Origin: Nanobdellota archaeon | GTDB taxonomy: Archaea; Nanobdellota; Nanobdellia; Pacearchaeales; GW2011-AR1 | Reading direction: 5' to 3' | Assembly (NCBI GenBank): GCA_038045405.1 | Contig: JBBSYF010000015.1 | Location: 1-54,530, forward strand | DNA length: 54,530 nt | Shown here: positions 27,251-37,108 of the stretch, in pieces | Layout: every line of letters starts with the position of its first letter | Numbering within the stretch: position 1 is the first letter of the stretch | Position numbers and translations under genes: made by a program | Notes under the pieces: model-generated | Database searches by the model: none | Told to the model about the DNA's origin: nothing | Seen by the model: only the letters and a program-made list of their open reading frames with translations

Positions 27251-27301
27251 TTTTATTTTAATATTTTTCTTTATTTAAATTTAATTGTTATTTTTTCTAT
27301 T

Positions 27302-29176
27302 CTACTTCCCCATCTCCTTTAACTTTCTCAAAACTTCATCGAGTTCACGTTGAGCGCCGGATTTTGGTCTTGGAGGCATTGGTCTTGATGGAGATGAAGG
27401 AATTATTCTTCTTTCCATTGGTCTTGGACGGAAGAATTGAGGCATAGGAGAGAATGGACGAGGTTGGTTTGGTCTTGATGAAGGTCCGGAACTGCCTCCA
27501 GATTTTTTAGATATTCTTAGCCAAAGCATTCTTAATTTTTCCCTAAAGATTATTCCGAGAACAGTAAGTACAATCAGAACCAATAAAACCCAAATCCAAG
27601 TATAGCTTCTTTGTGGAGTGGTTTTTTCAACACAACAAGTGTCGCTGTAGATATCACAACTATAAAATTCGCTTGCTTCTTCGTCAGTATTACAACTTGA
27701 GGTTCTGCAAGTTCCGCCAGAGGATTCACATTCAGAGATGCTTGCTCCTCCGTCACCAGTGTCAGTTTGGCAACTTCCACCGATGCAACAACTTTGCCCG
27801 ACTCTTAAGCCATCAGCACTTGAGTCTGTCCATCCGCCACCAACACATTCTTGTGAAGATGAACAAACATCGCCCCCTAATTGTGTGCATGTACTTTGTT
27901 TTGGTTCAGCAGAACAGCACCTGAACAATCCTAAACATCCACCAAACTGTGAATCTGAAAAAAGTTCTCCGTCGCTCTCTGAGCAATCTGAAGTTGAGGT
28001 ACAAAAGTATCCTGCAGTTGTACAACTTGGAATGTTATCTGGACTTCCACCACTACTCCCCCCTCCGCCGAAACCTCTAGGCCAAAGAGAAGCAAGTACG
28101 AATGCAGTATTTCTTACATTGTTTTCCCAACATCCGTTAGCGTCTTGAATGGAAAGGAGCCATGCCTTTGAATTTGTTTTTTCTTCAATAGTTTCCTGCT
28201 GGAATGGATAAAGAGCAAGGGCAGTGTCATAAAGTTTATCCCCGGATTCAAACCACCACTTTTTTACTTTCTGTTTTGAAAGCAATGAAGTTCTGTAATC
28301 TGTATTTGAATTTATGAAATACAAAAACGCGTCAGGAAGAAATTCTCGATTATCTTCGGCAAGAGTTACTAAATAAGGAAGGTAAGGTGACACGTCTTTA
28401 TCATTAGAATTAAGAACTGCCGAGGCCCAAAGGCTTCCTTCGTAGTCGCAAACACCATTATCAACGAAGCAGAAAGACTCTACTTTTTCAGAGGTGGTTC
28501 CACCAGCAACTGCGGACGAGGATTCTGGAGAGACATGAATTGTTGAAGGGATTGTTGAAGAATCTGGTTTCTTAAATAAAAGAGTTGTTAAAAATTTCTT
28601 GTCGCATGAAACTGAAAACTCTTCATTAAAGCATGATGGAGAGATTCTTAGCCAGTAGCCACTTTCATCAACAGTCAAGCACACACCAGCAGTGCCCGTT
28701 ATTTTTTTATCAGCACCAACAGTTACGTCGAATGTAAGGCTAGAGTATTCAAGAGTACATGTAGTTGCTTCTGGGCTTTCGACTTCTAAAAACCATGCTA
28801 AGTCTGTTGTGCCACGGGTTTGATTGAGAAGCCATGATTGTGCTTTGTCCGTGTTCACTCCAGCATTGTCTAATGCAAGTATTGCTTGAGCTGTGGTTTT
28901 TATTCTGCAATTTCCAGAAGGCCAACATTCACCGATATTAGACGAGATATTCATCAATTCTTGTTGACATTTTCCGTTTGCAAGAAGAGTAAATATTTTT
29001 TCTTCTGGAGTAAGAGCAGAGCATAATGCAGTTGTGTTTGTTTTGCTGTTTAAACATGAATAAGCTTTGTCAACTTTTTGTTGTTCTGTTGTTGCGTTTA
29101 CTGCAGCATTAACAAAGGGTAAAACGGTTAAGATTAAGAATAGGAATAGAACTCCGAACAACGCACTCTTTTTCAT
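27302..29176 (-). CDS. receptor-like surface protein: signal peptide, prenyltransferase/terpene-cyclase-like alpha/alpha-toroid repeats, Gly/Ser linker, 3 Cys modules, TM helix, Pro/Arg-rich cytoplasmic tail
   Basis: AQAILALDNAGVNTDKAQSWLLNQT and KAWLLSIQDANGCWENNVRNTAFVLASLWP repeats, GFGGGGSSGGSP linker, modules such as CTQLGGDVCSSSQECVGG...SCCIGGSC, TM helix WIWVLLVLIVLTVLGIIF, and tail RPNQPRPFSPMPQFFRPRPM...RPMPPRPK. The start is set at ATG 29176. Confidence 0.7.
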   Translation of the reverse strand: MKKSALFGVLFLFLILTVLPFVNAAVNATTEQQKVDKAYSCLNSKTNTTALCSALTPEEKIFTLLANGKCQQELMNISSNIGECWPSGNCRIKTTAQAILALDNAGVNTDKAQSWLLNQTRGTTDLAWFLEVESPEATTCTLEYSSLTFDVTVGADKKITGTAGVCLTVDESGYWLRISPSCFNEEFSVSCDKKFLTTLLFKKPDSSTIPSTIHVSPESSSAVAGGTTSEKVESFCFVDNGVCDYEGSLWASAVLNSNDKDVSPYLPYLVTLAEDNREFLPDAFLYFINSNTDYRTSLLSKQKVKKWWFESGDKLYDTALALYPFQQETIEEKTNSKAWLLSIQDANGCWENNVRNTAFVLASLWPRGFGGGGSSGGSPDNIPSCTTAGYFCTSTSDCSESDGELFSDSQFGGCLGLFRCCSAEPKQSTCTQLGGDVCSSSQECVGGGWTDSSADGLRVGQSCCIGGSCQTDTGDGGASISECESSGGTCRTSSCNTDEEASEFYSCDIYSDTCCVEKTTPQRSYTWIWVLLVLIVLTVLGIIFREKLRMLWLRISKKSGGSSGPSSRPNQPRPFSPMPQFFRPRPMERRIIPSSPSRPMPPRPKSGAQRELDEVLRKLKEMGK

Positions 29177-29187
29177 TATATCTACAG

Positions 29188-30732
29188 TCAAATGTTATTT
29201 TTAAAATTATCTTTAATTTTATGCTTGTTTTGTTTTTCTTCTTTCTCTTGTCTCTTCTGTTCTTTCTGAGTTCTCTTCAAATTTTCTTCATTTCTAAAAT
29301 TTTTCTGAAGACTTTTTCTTGTCATGTAATTCACCGGATTCTTGTATCTTAGTTCTTCATCAGTTGGAATAATTCCTATTCCCTTGTAATAGTCTTTGTC
29401 ATAGTTTGGAGGAGGGGCAACTTTATTTCTGTAACTCCATGAAATTTGAGTTTTAATATAACCTAAGCTTAGAGGTACTTCATTTTTATCATTCCATTGA
29501 TAAATTCTTTTTTCAAACTCTTCCTTATCCATTCCCGCAGAACGGAAAAAGTTTATCAAAATAAACAAACCACGTTTTTTTCCGTCGGAAAGTCCTTCGA
29601 GAATTTTTTTAATTGAAGGGGGTAGAAGTGCATCTGAGAAGTCGGAAATTTTAACTTGTTTGAAGTCGGATTCTTTTCTTACGCCAAGAGTAGAAGAAGT
29701 TTCGTCAGGATTTTTATTTTTGTACCAATCCAAAGCTTCACGAAGAATTTCTGTAGCTTCTCCCTCTTTTGAATCTGGCATGAAATTTCTAATTTTTACT
29801 TTTAGAGGATCTGCATCGTGAGGCTGAAAGTTTTTCAATTCTTCTGGAAGAACGACCACACTAGCCAAAGTTGTTTTTTCATGAAGGGAGTAAGGCATTC
29901 TAAAAAGGTGTCTAGATGAAACCAAAACAAGGTCGGGAATTACATCCTGTTGGGAGCCTGTTTCTTCTTTCAAATGATTCAAACCAATTTCAATATTATT
30001 TTGAATAGAAGAGTTGGTAGTATACACTCTATCCCCAATAGTTTTATTTGATAATTCAGTTTTATAAATATTCGAACCACTCAAGTTAACTGAACTGCCT
30101 TTATCTTTCTTAATATATTTCATTATAGAACCATACTCTTTGTCCTCAGATAGACAGTATATCTCTTTAGCAACATCTTCTTTACACGCTTCATTAATGA
30201 ACTTTGTAATAATTCTTGGCCATACAGGAAACATCTCAGAAGTTTTAACACCGTTTATTTCTTTTGGAAATGCTTTACAGGGTATGATTATGTGAAATCC
30301 TTTGCTTCCCGAGAATTTGATGCCCACGTTTTTAACGCCATAAAATCCGAGAACTTTAAGTGCATATTTTGCAAGAATCTTGCTATATTCAAGGTATTTT
30401 GAATCGATATCAAGAAGCAAATCCCAACCAGTCCTTAGTTCATTAAGCTGTTTTTCATTCATTCCAGTGATAAGGGACAAAGGTTCTTGCCAAAGTTCTT
30501 GAGAACAGTGCAGACTTGTTGCTCCCTTCTTAACAAGTTCGAAAACGTCGCCAGGGTATTGAAGTGAGTCTGGGCGCTTTCCAAAACCTTCGAAATATCT
30601 AGGCACTACTTCCCTATTAGAAGAAAAGGCAAAAATGGCTTTCTGAACATCCGGTCTTGAGTAGTAAAGATTAGTTAGTTTCCTTATTCTTTGCTCTTTT
30701 TCACCTGGAACAGAGTCTTTGGAGGTTTCCAT
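29188..30732 (-). CDS. priS: DNA primase: PriS catalytic domain fused to a PriL-CTD-like helical domain
   Basis: AEP motifs WDLLLDIDSK (DxD), FSGSKGFHIII and RMPYSLHEKT. C-terminal LPPSIKKILEGLSDGKKRGLFILINFFRSAGMDKEEFE resembles the PriL PPC...Rf.l..FL motif with Ser in place of the Fe-S Cys. Confidence 0.78.
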   Translation of the reverse strand: METSKDSVPGEKEQRIRKLTNLYYSRPDVQKAIFAFSSNREVVPRYFEGFGKRPDSLQYPGDVFELVKKGATSLHCSQELWQEPLSLITGMNEKQLNELRTGWDLLLDIDSKYLEYSKILAKYALKVLGFYGVKNVGIKFSGSKGFHIIIPCKAFPKEINGVKTSEMFPVWPRIITKFINEACKEDVAKEIYCLSEDKEYGSIMKYIKKDKGSSVNLSGSNIYKTELSNKTIGDRVYTTNSSIQNNIEIGLNHLKEETGSQQDVIPDLVLVSSRHLFRMPYSLHEKTTLASVVVLPEELKNFQPHDADPLKVKIRNFMPDSKEGEATEILREALDWYKNKNPDETSSTLGVRKESDFKQVKISDFSDALLPPSIKKILEGLSDGKKRGLFILINFFRSAGMDKEEFEKRIYQWNDKNEVPLSLGYIKTQISWSYRNKVAPPPNYDKDYYKGIGIIPTDEELRYKNPVNYMTRKSLQKNFRNEENLKRTQKEQKRQEKEEKQNKHKIKDNFKNNI

Positions 30733-30753
30733 ACTAAAAAAGAGACTAAAAGA

Positions 30754-30767
30754 TTTATATAAATATA
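30754..30767. promoter_or_regulatory. TATA-rich divergent promoter region between primase and PCNA
   Basis: TTTATATAAATATA lies in the 80-nt spacer between the two divergent start codons. Confidence 0.35.
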
Positions 30768-30812
30768 CTATATGATAACAATACTTAAAAGCGCGTTGAG
30801 GCTCTTAGAAAA

Positions 30813-31538
30813 ATGTTAGTAAGACTTGAAAATCCAGCACTTTTGTCAAGAGTTGTAGAGATTATTTCTGAGCTTGTGACAGAGGTAAGAATAAAGGTAA
30901 ATGAGTCCGGTTTAAGCATAACTGCAATGGACCCTGCAAATGTTTCTATGGTTCGTTTTATGCTACCAAGAAGTTCTTTCTCAATGTTTGAAACAGACAA
31001 TGAAACTCTTGGGATTAATCTTGATAATTTGAAAAGAATTTTGAAAAGAATCAATTCTGGAAGCTCTTTAGTTATGGAAAAAAGAGGAAATCTGCTTAAC
31101 ATCCAAATTCATGACAGAATAAAAAGAAATTTCAACTTGAGTTTGATAGACGTTGAAAGTGAGGAAAAAGACATTCCAGAACTTGAGTTTAGTTCAATCG
31201 TAGAGCTAAATTCTGTGGATTTTGTAGACTCAATAGAAGATTGTATGGTTGTCGGAGACGCTTGTTCTTTTATTGTTAGCGAGGGAAAGTTCATTATTGA
31301 AGCTCGAGGACTCAACAGTGCAATGTCGGAGTTTTCCGGAGATGAAGCAAAGATTCAGGCAGAGAATTGTAAATCAAGATACAGTTTGGAATATCTTCAA
31401 AAGTTCGTTAAGGGAACAAAACTTTCTGATAGAACTGTTTTAAAATTCGCGGATGACCATCCTTTGAGGATTGATATAAAGAATGGTTTCATGGAACTTT
31501 CTTTTCTTCTAGCTCCAAGAGTAGAGACTGATGATTAA
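30813..31538 (+). CDS. pcn: DNA polymerase sliding clamp PCNA
   Basis: 241 aa. VVEIISELVTEVRIKVNESGLSITAMDPANVSMV and the C-terminal LSFLLAPRVE are typical of archaeal PCNA. Confidence 0.9.
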   Translation: MLVRLENPALLSRVVEIISELVTEVRIKVNESGLSITAMDPANVSMVRFMLPRSSFSMFETDNETLGINLDNLKRILKRINSGSSLVMEKRGNLLNIQIHDRIKRNFNLSLIDVESEEKDIPELEFSSIVELNSVDFVDSIEDCMVVGDACSFIVSEGKFIIEARGLNSAMSEFSGDEAKIQAENCKSRYSLEYLQKFVKGTKLSDRTVLKFADDHPLRIDIKNGFMELSFLLAPRVETDD

Positions 31539-31573
31539 TTACATTTATAAAGATAAGAAGCATATTTGATTAA

Positions 31574-31945
31574 ATGAAGAAGCTAATTGGTTTAATACTG
31601 TTTCTTTCAGCATTCTTAATTGTTAATAATGTTTTCGGCTGGTTTGAACTTTTAATTATTCCTTCGACTTACGTAGTATATCTTCTGTATGTAAATGCCT
31701 TTGCGCTTTTGTTTGGAGGTTTCTTCTCAATGAAGGCACTTAAACTTAGAGGAGGCAGGATAAGCGTAATGATGGGTTTTGTAGCCTCAATTCTTGTTGC
31801 AGCCGTGATATTTTATTACGGAGGTACGCTCTTAGAGGGGAAGGATGGAATATTTTTTGGGCCAATTCTTGCCTTTGTGGATGTTATGATAGGGATAATG
31901 CAATTTGATTTTTTATTAATTTCTCCAACAAGAAGACTCAAGTAA
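31574..31945 (+). CDS. small polytopic membrane protein
   Basis: 123 aa with about 4 TM helices. Confidence 0.45.
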   Translation: MKKLIGLILFLSAFLIVNNVFGWFELLIIPSTYVVYLLYVNAFALLFGGFFSMKALKLRGGRISVMMGFVASILVAAVIFYYGGTLLEGKDGIFFGPILAFVDVMIGIMQFDFLLISPTRRLK

Positions 31946-32017
31946 AGAGAAGATAGGTTAAGATTAATTTTTCAAAATTCCAACAAGATTTATAAATAAA
32001 ATTTCCTTGTAAGAGAT

Positions 32018-32884
32018 ATGAAAAGAGGGCTGGGTGTTAATGGTAGTTCTATGAACAGTAAAAGACTCTCACAAGTTCGGTCTCGTTCGCTTTTACCAAA
32101 CCAAACGAAGGGACAGGTAACCGTTTTTATTATTGCGGCAATTTTAATTGTTGGTTTGGCAATGGTTGTTTATTTTCTAAGACCAGGAATAACATCAACA
32201 ACAGAATTTGATGAAAAAAATCCTACTGGTTTCATTCAAACATGTATGGAAGAAGAAATAACAAATGCTGTGAGTCTTGTTTCGCTTCAAGGGGGGAGTA
32301 CAAACCCTGAACATTTCATTCTTTCCGAAAGTAACAAAATAGAATATCTTTGTTATATGACTGAAGACTGCAGACCTTGCGTAGTTCAGCGAGCTTTGTT
32401 GAAACAACATATTGAATCAGAAATTAAAGAAGAAATTGAGAGTAGTGTTGCAAGTTGTTTTGAGAAATTAGTTGCAAGTTATGAAAGCGGAGGGTATACC
32501 ACAAATCTTGAACATGGTCCTAACGCAACAAAAGTTGAACTGCTCCCAAAGAGAGTTGTTACAAGCTTTAATTATACTTTAACAGCAACGAAGGCAAACA
32601 CAAAAAGGTATGATTCATTCAATGTAGTTTTGAACAATAATCTTTATGAATTAGTAAGCATAGCTAATAGTATAATCGATTCAGAATCAAATTTGGGAGA
32701 TGCTAATGAGAGATTTTATATGGACATATATCCCGATTTGAAAGTTGAGAAATTTAACCAAGTTGACGGTTCAACGATTTACATTGTAACGGACAGAAAT
32801 AGGGAGGGGAACAGTTTCCAATTTGCATCAAGAAGCGTTGCATTGCCAGCAGGTTATGCATGTAATAATGTGGCAACAAACTAA
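32018..32884 (+). CDS. type IV prepilin-like protein (class III signal)
   Basis: ...LLPNQTKG|QVTVFIIAAILIVGLAMVVYF followed by a ~230-aa globular part with paired Cys. The start could be an internal Met. Confidence 0.55.
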   Translation: MKRGLGVNGSSMNSKRLSQVRSRSLLPNQTKGQVTVFIIAAILIVGLAMVVYFLRPGITSTTEFDEKNPTGFIQTCMEEEITNAVSLVSLQGGSTNPEHFILSESNKIEYLCYMTEDCRPCVVQRALLKQHIESEIKEEIESSVASCFEKLVASYESGGYTTNLEHGPNATKVELLPKRVVTSFNYTLTATKANTKRYDSFNVVLNNNLYELVSIANSIIDSESNLGDANERFYMDIYPDLKVEKFNQVDGSTIYIVTDRNREGNSFQFASRSVALPAGYACNNVATN

Positions 32885-32887
32885 AAA

Positions 32888-34591
32888 ATGTTAAACAAAA
32901 AAGAGACGATAACAGGATTATTCTTTTTAGTATTCTTAATTTCATTTTTGTATTCAATACCCCAAGTGTCTGCAGTTGGAGAAACTTTTGTTTGTGCTGA
33001 AAAAACTTTAAGTGGTGCATGGTGTATGAATGTTCCAGAGAATCAAGCTAGTACTGCTATAAATCCTGTCACAGGGAGAGCTTACTCCGTTGCCAGAAGT
33101 TCATGTGAATCAACTTCTTTTTGTAGGATGGGAACTTGCGTTGACAACCAACAGGGAGAATGCCGACCAAATGTTCCTCAAAGAGTTTGTCAAGCTAGCA
33201 GTGGATTTTGGGTTCAGGGAAAACCAGAGGCAATCCCGCAATGCCAACTTGGATGTTGTTTGGTTGGAGACCAAGCCGCATTCGTTACAGCAACAGGATG
33301 CACGGCTATCGGTTCTCAGTATGGAGTAACTCCAACTTTCAATTCTCAAGTAAGAGACTCTGAATCATGTCTTGCTTTGTCAAATCCTAAGGCTATGGGT
33401 GCATGCGTCATTGATGACGGATTTCAAAGAGATTGTAAAAATATTGCTAATGCAGAGTGTAATGCTCTTCAGACTTCTGGTTCTGGAAACAGAAAAATAA
33501 CTTTTAGCGAGGGATTATTATGTACTGCAGACGTTTTAGCAACAAGATGTGCAGTGCCTGCTCCAAATAAAATAAAAACAACATGTGTCGAAGGAAAGTT
33601 TGGAGTTTATTTCTTAGATACTTGTGGAAACATAGCAAATATTTACGACGCCTCAAAAGTCGACGTTTCAAAAGTAATAAACAGAGAATATTGGACGTAT
33701 AGGAAAGATATAAGCGAAAGTTGTGGAGCTACTTCAAACAATGCAGGTTCAAAGACGTGTGGAAACTGCGACTATCAAGCAGGAAGTATTTGTAAACCTG
33801 TAAACAGGGCAACTCCCGATGCAACACCTCAACCATCATCTGGAGATTTTGTTTGCGCTGATTTAAGTTGTACATACAAAAATGAGAAATATCTTCACGG
33901 AGAGTCGTGGTGTGCAGGTAATTCTCCAGGAGCAAACGAGAATCTTCCCGGAAGTGAACATTATGTTTTAACATGTTATAGCGGAGAAGTTACTTCATCG
34001 CAATGTGATTCATTAAGACAATCGATTTGTCATGAAGACACAATCGAGGGTTATAGTGTGGCCGCTTGTGTAGCAAACAATTGGAGAGACTGCGTAGACC
34101 AAAAAAATAAAACAGTTTGTGAAGATGCTCAAAAAAGAGATTGTAAGTGGGTAGTTGGAAGTGCGCTTCAAATACCTGGACTTTCAGATAATGAAACAGG
34201 AGTAACTTATGTTTTAGATGATGACGGAAACCTTGTTCCAAGGGCAGGAAGCACGGGTACAGTTGGAGCGGCGTGCGTTCCAAGATATGCTCCGGGATTG
34301 AATACCAACACCACAGAAGCTGAGATTGCATGTTTCGCTGCAAGTGAAACTTGTCTTGTAAAATTCGGGAGACAAAACAGGCTTGACGACTGGAGTTGTA
34401 AATCTAATTGTCAGTGTCTCAAGAAAGAATGGGCAGACGGAAAAATAAATCAGTGTCTTGCTTTAGGTGATTGCGGAGTAAAGAAAAATTACTTAGGACA
34501 AAAGGGAGAAAGTTATGATCCTTTCACACAAGAAGGGGAACATGTAACAGGATTTAGCCAAAATCCTGTAAATGAAAGAAAATTCCCATAA
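32888..34591 (+). CDS. secreted cysteine-rich protein (~41 Cys in 567 aa)
   Basis: Sec-type signal LFFLVFLISFLYSIPQVSA, Cys spread through the whole length, no TM anchor. It starts 4 nt after the previous stop. Confidence 0.7.
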   Translation: MLNKKETITGLFFLVFLISFLYSIPQVSAVGETFVCAEKTLSGAWCMNVPENQASTAINPVTGRAYSVARSSCESTSFCRMGTCVDNQQGECRPNVPQRVCQASSGFWVQGKPEAIPQCQLGCCLVGDQAAFVTATGCTAIGSQYGVTPTFNSQVRDSESCLALSNPKAMGACVIDDGFQRDCKNIANAECNALQTSGSGNRKITFSEGLLCTADVLATRCAVPAPNKIKTTCVEGKFGVYFLDTCGNIANIYDASKVDVSKVINREYWTYRKDISESCGATSNNAGSKTCGNCDYQAGSICKPVNRATPDATPQPSSGDFVCADLSCTYKNEKYLHGESWCAGNSPGANENLPGSEHYVLTCYSGEVTSSQCDSLRQSICHEDTIEGYSVAACVANNWRDCVDQKNKTVCEDAQKRDCKWVVGSALQIPGLSDNETGVTYVLDDDGNLVPRAGSTGTVGAACVPRYAPGLNTNTTEAEIACFAASETCLVKFGRQNRLDDWSCKSNCQCLKKEWADGKINQCLALGDCGVKKNYLGQKGESYDPFTQEGEHVTGFSQNPVNERKFP

Positions 34592-34617
34592 CAGACAGAT
34601 AAAATAAAAAATATTAA

Positions 34618-36990
34618 ATGAAAAAAGAAATTTTTAGAAAAAGAGAAAAGATGAAAAAAGGTTCGATTGCTGTAAGCCAAATAATTATTTTAGTTGTTAG
34701 CTTGATTGCTTTTTCTTATTTTGTAGGAAGCGAGTTTAAGATTGTGAGTGCGGCGGACGTGTGTACTAGAAATAATGCTGGTGCACCAGTTAAAGTTCCT
34801 GCTGGAGTTGATGTGAACATTCAGAGTCAGGTAAATTCATTTTGTATGAGTTCTGGAGGTAGTGCGGTATGTGACGGGGGAAGTGGGAACTGGAGATTAA
34901 GAATAACTTCATGTACAACATTACCACCTACACCCCAATTACAAAATACCCCTGGAAAATACACTCCTTCACTACCTTCCACAATATCAACAGTTGCATC
35001 AACAGTCGACACTGGATTACGATTGAAGAGTGCAATAAATGCTAAGAAGGCAAAGGATTTGGCGGCGGGATTGACTTCCGATCAGTTTACAAACGTTGCA
35101 GATGCTAGTAAGACAGGTTTATTTGCAAAACTGGGGGGAAGCGGATCTAGATGGTTCGGAGGAAGTACCAAAATAGGACTACAAGCAATAGGAAAGAACT
35201 TCGTTTGGGCAGCAGTAATTTATTTCGGAAGTAACTTTATTATGAGAAGCATGTTTAATATGGACCCTCAACTTGCAAATTCAATTTCTGCATCGCTTGC
35301 CACAGGGTATATGGGTGCGACTGTTTATGCTGCCCTCAAGGGGGGATTTGCTGCAGGAAGTGTTGGAGGACCGTTGGGGATGTTTATAGGCGTTGCTATC
35401 GCAGTTGCGGTTTTCGTATTTACTGGAGAGACTAAGAAAGTAAACGTCGTTACATTTTCATGTAATCCTTGGAGTGCTCCTGTTGGAGGAAAAGATTGCG
35501 AGAAATGTAACACTGGAGATTTCCCATGCACAGCGTATAAATGTCAAAGTTTAGGACAAGCATGTAATCTCGAAAATAAAGGAACAACAGAGGAACTTTG
35601 TGTGTGGAAAAATAGAACAGATATCAAACCTCCAGTAATCAAACCTTGGTTAGATGTTTTGACAACAGGATATAATTACAATCCCGATGGAACAATCTCA
35701 CCCCCAGATACCGGAGTAAAAATTATTCCTGGAACAAATGTAACAGGATGCATTGCTCCATTCACGCCTATTACCTTTGGAGTTATGCTCGACAAACCGG
35801 GAAAGTGTAAGATAGAAACATCAAACAAAGGGAATTTTAGTTCGATGAGATATTTCTTCGGCGGTAGTTCAACATTAAAATACAACCACACAATGAGGTT
35901 ACCCGGATTCTTGAGTAATGAATCTTTGTTTGCAGAAAATGCAAGTATGGCTAATGGCGGAAGAGTTACTCTTTACACAAGATGTCAAAGTGCTAATGGA
36001 TACTCAAACGTTGCAAATTTCATTTTCAATTTCTGTGTTGACCAAGGACCAGACAGAACACCTCCAAGAATAGTAACAACGAGTGTTTTGAATGGAATGC
36101 CAATATCTTATGGAACAAAGTCTGTCCCATTACAAGTTTATGTAAATGAACCATCAGAGTGTAGATGGAGTCATCTTGATAGGAGCTACGACGATATGGG
36201 AAGTGATAATAACATGTCTTGTGTAACGGGCTCGACAGATTTCAACGCCCAGCTGCTTTATCAGTGTTCAACAACCCTTACAGGTTTAGTAGACAGAGTA
36301 GACAATAATTTTTATTTCAGGTGTAAGGACCAACCACATTTGAAGAACACTAATAGATCTGGAGAAAGAAATGCCAATACTGTATCTTACAAATTCGTGT
36401 TAAAAGGAACTCAGCCTTTGGTAATAGACGCTGCTGGACCAAACAATACTGTAATAAGAGATTCTACAAATGTGATAAAAGTAACTCTTACTGCTAAAAC
36501 ATCAGCAGGATTCAACGCTGGAGATGCAACATGCTCATACAAAAACATGGCAACACCTACTGGAGAGATGATAGGCTTCTTCAACACAGGAACATTCAAT
36601 CATTCGCAAGAGCTGTGGCTTCCAGAAGCAAATTACAGTTTCTATATTGAATGCGTTGACTTCGGAAATAATGCAGATAATAAAACAATAAATTTCAGAG
36701 TTGAATCAGACACTGCAGCTCCGGTAGTTGGAAGAGTTTTCAGACAAGAAAACAAACTGAAAATAATTACAAATGAAGAAGCACAGTGTGTGTATGGAAA
36801 TGTGAATTGCGACTATGAGTTGATAGATGGAACAAACATGAGTAAGGCGGTTAATGGAACTGAACATTCTACAGCATGGGATACAAATAAAGTTTTCTAC
36901 ATTAAATGTGCAGATAAATACGGAAACAGGCCTCTCCCTAATCAGTGTAACATAATTGCAAGGCCATTCGATATTCCTTCAGTAAAGTAA
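34618..36990 (+). CDS. large membrane-embedded surface protein (790 aa)
   Basis: N-terminal signal anchor, a small Cys domain, a hydrophobic block (FVWAAVIYFGSNF, GYMGATVYAAL, MFIGVAIAVAVFVFTG), then a ~520-aa Cys-containing ectodomain. Confidence 0.7.
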   Translation: MKKEIFRKREKMKKGSIAVSQIIILVVSLIAFSYFVGSEFKIVSAADVCTRNNAGAPVKVPAGVDVNIQSQVNSFCMSSGGSAVCDGGSGNWRLRITSCTTLPPTPQLQNTPGKYTPSLPSTISTVASTVDTGLRLKSAINAKKAKDLAAGLTSDQFTNVADASKTGLFAKLGGSGSRWFGGSTKIGLQAIGKNFVWAAVIYFGSNFIMRSMFNMDPQLANSISASLATGYMGATVYAALKGGFAAGSVGGPLGMFIGVAIAVAVFVFTGETKKVNVVTFSCNPWSAPVGGKDCEKCNTGDFPCTAYKCQSLGQACNLENKGTTEELCVWKNRTDIKPPVIKPWLDVLTTGYNYNPDGTISPPDTGVKIIPGTNVTGCIAPFTPITFGVMLDKPGKCKIETSNKGNFSSMRYFFGGSSTLKYNHTMRLPGFLSNESLFAENASMANGGRVTLYTRCQSANGYSNVANFIFNFCVDQGPDRTPPRIVTTSVLNGMPISYGTKSVPLQVYVNEPSECRWSHLDRSYDDMGSDNNMSCVTGSTDFNAQLLYQCSTTLTGLVDRVDNNFYFRCKDQPHLKNTNRSGERNANTVSYKFVLKGTQPLVIDAAGPNNTVIRDSTNVIKVTLTAKTSAGFNAGDATCSYKNMATPTGEMIGFFNTGTFNHSQELWLPEANYSFYIECVDFGNNADNKTINFRVESDTAAPVVGRVFRQENKLKIITNEEAQCVYGNVNCDYELIDGTNMSKAVNGTEHSTAWDTNKVFYIKCADKYGNRPLPNQCNIIARPFDIPSVK

Positions 36991-37108
36991 AGATTGAAAC
37001 TTGCTCACTGCGTTCGCTTAACCGTTAATAATAAAAGCAGTATGTCATTAAATCTAATTTAAGGTTTTTTAGTTAAAAGTTTGTTTGACTTTTGCTAATA
37101 GGGTAATA

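Noticed and set aside
27574-28148. Several ORFs overlapping the cysteine-rich receptor-like gene: 27574-27780 on the same (minus) strand in another frame, and 27613-27924 and 27738-28148 on the plus strand. The same applies to 45119-47129 against the S-layer gene and 33090-34343 against the Cys-rich gene.
   Set aside because: These are frame-shadow ORFs inside long, well-supported genes. There are no motifs or start signals.
31574-31945. Small polytopic membrane proteins (31574, 3552, 16773) as the missing prepilin peptidase.
   Set aside because: They are too short or lack the paired Asp / GxGD-type motifs expected of PibD/FlaK aspartic peptidases.
37003-37017. GC-rich box GCTCACTGCGTTCGC as a second copy of the 25842-25857 box GCTCGCTGTCGCTCGC.
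   Set aside because: The similarity is partial and the orientation relative to neighbouring genes differs. It is too weak to call a repeat family without a genome-wide count.
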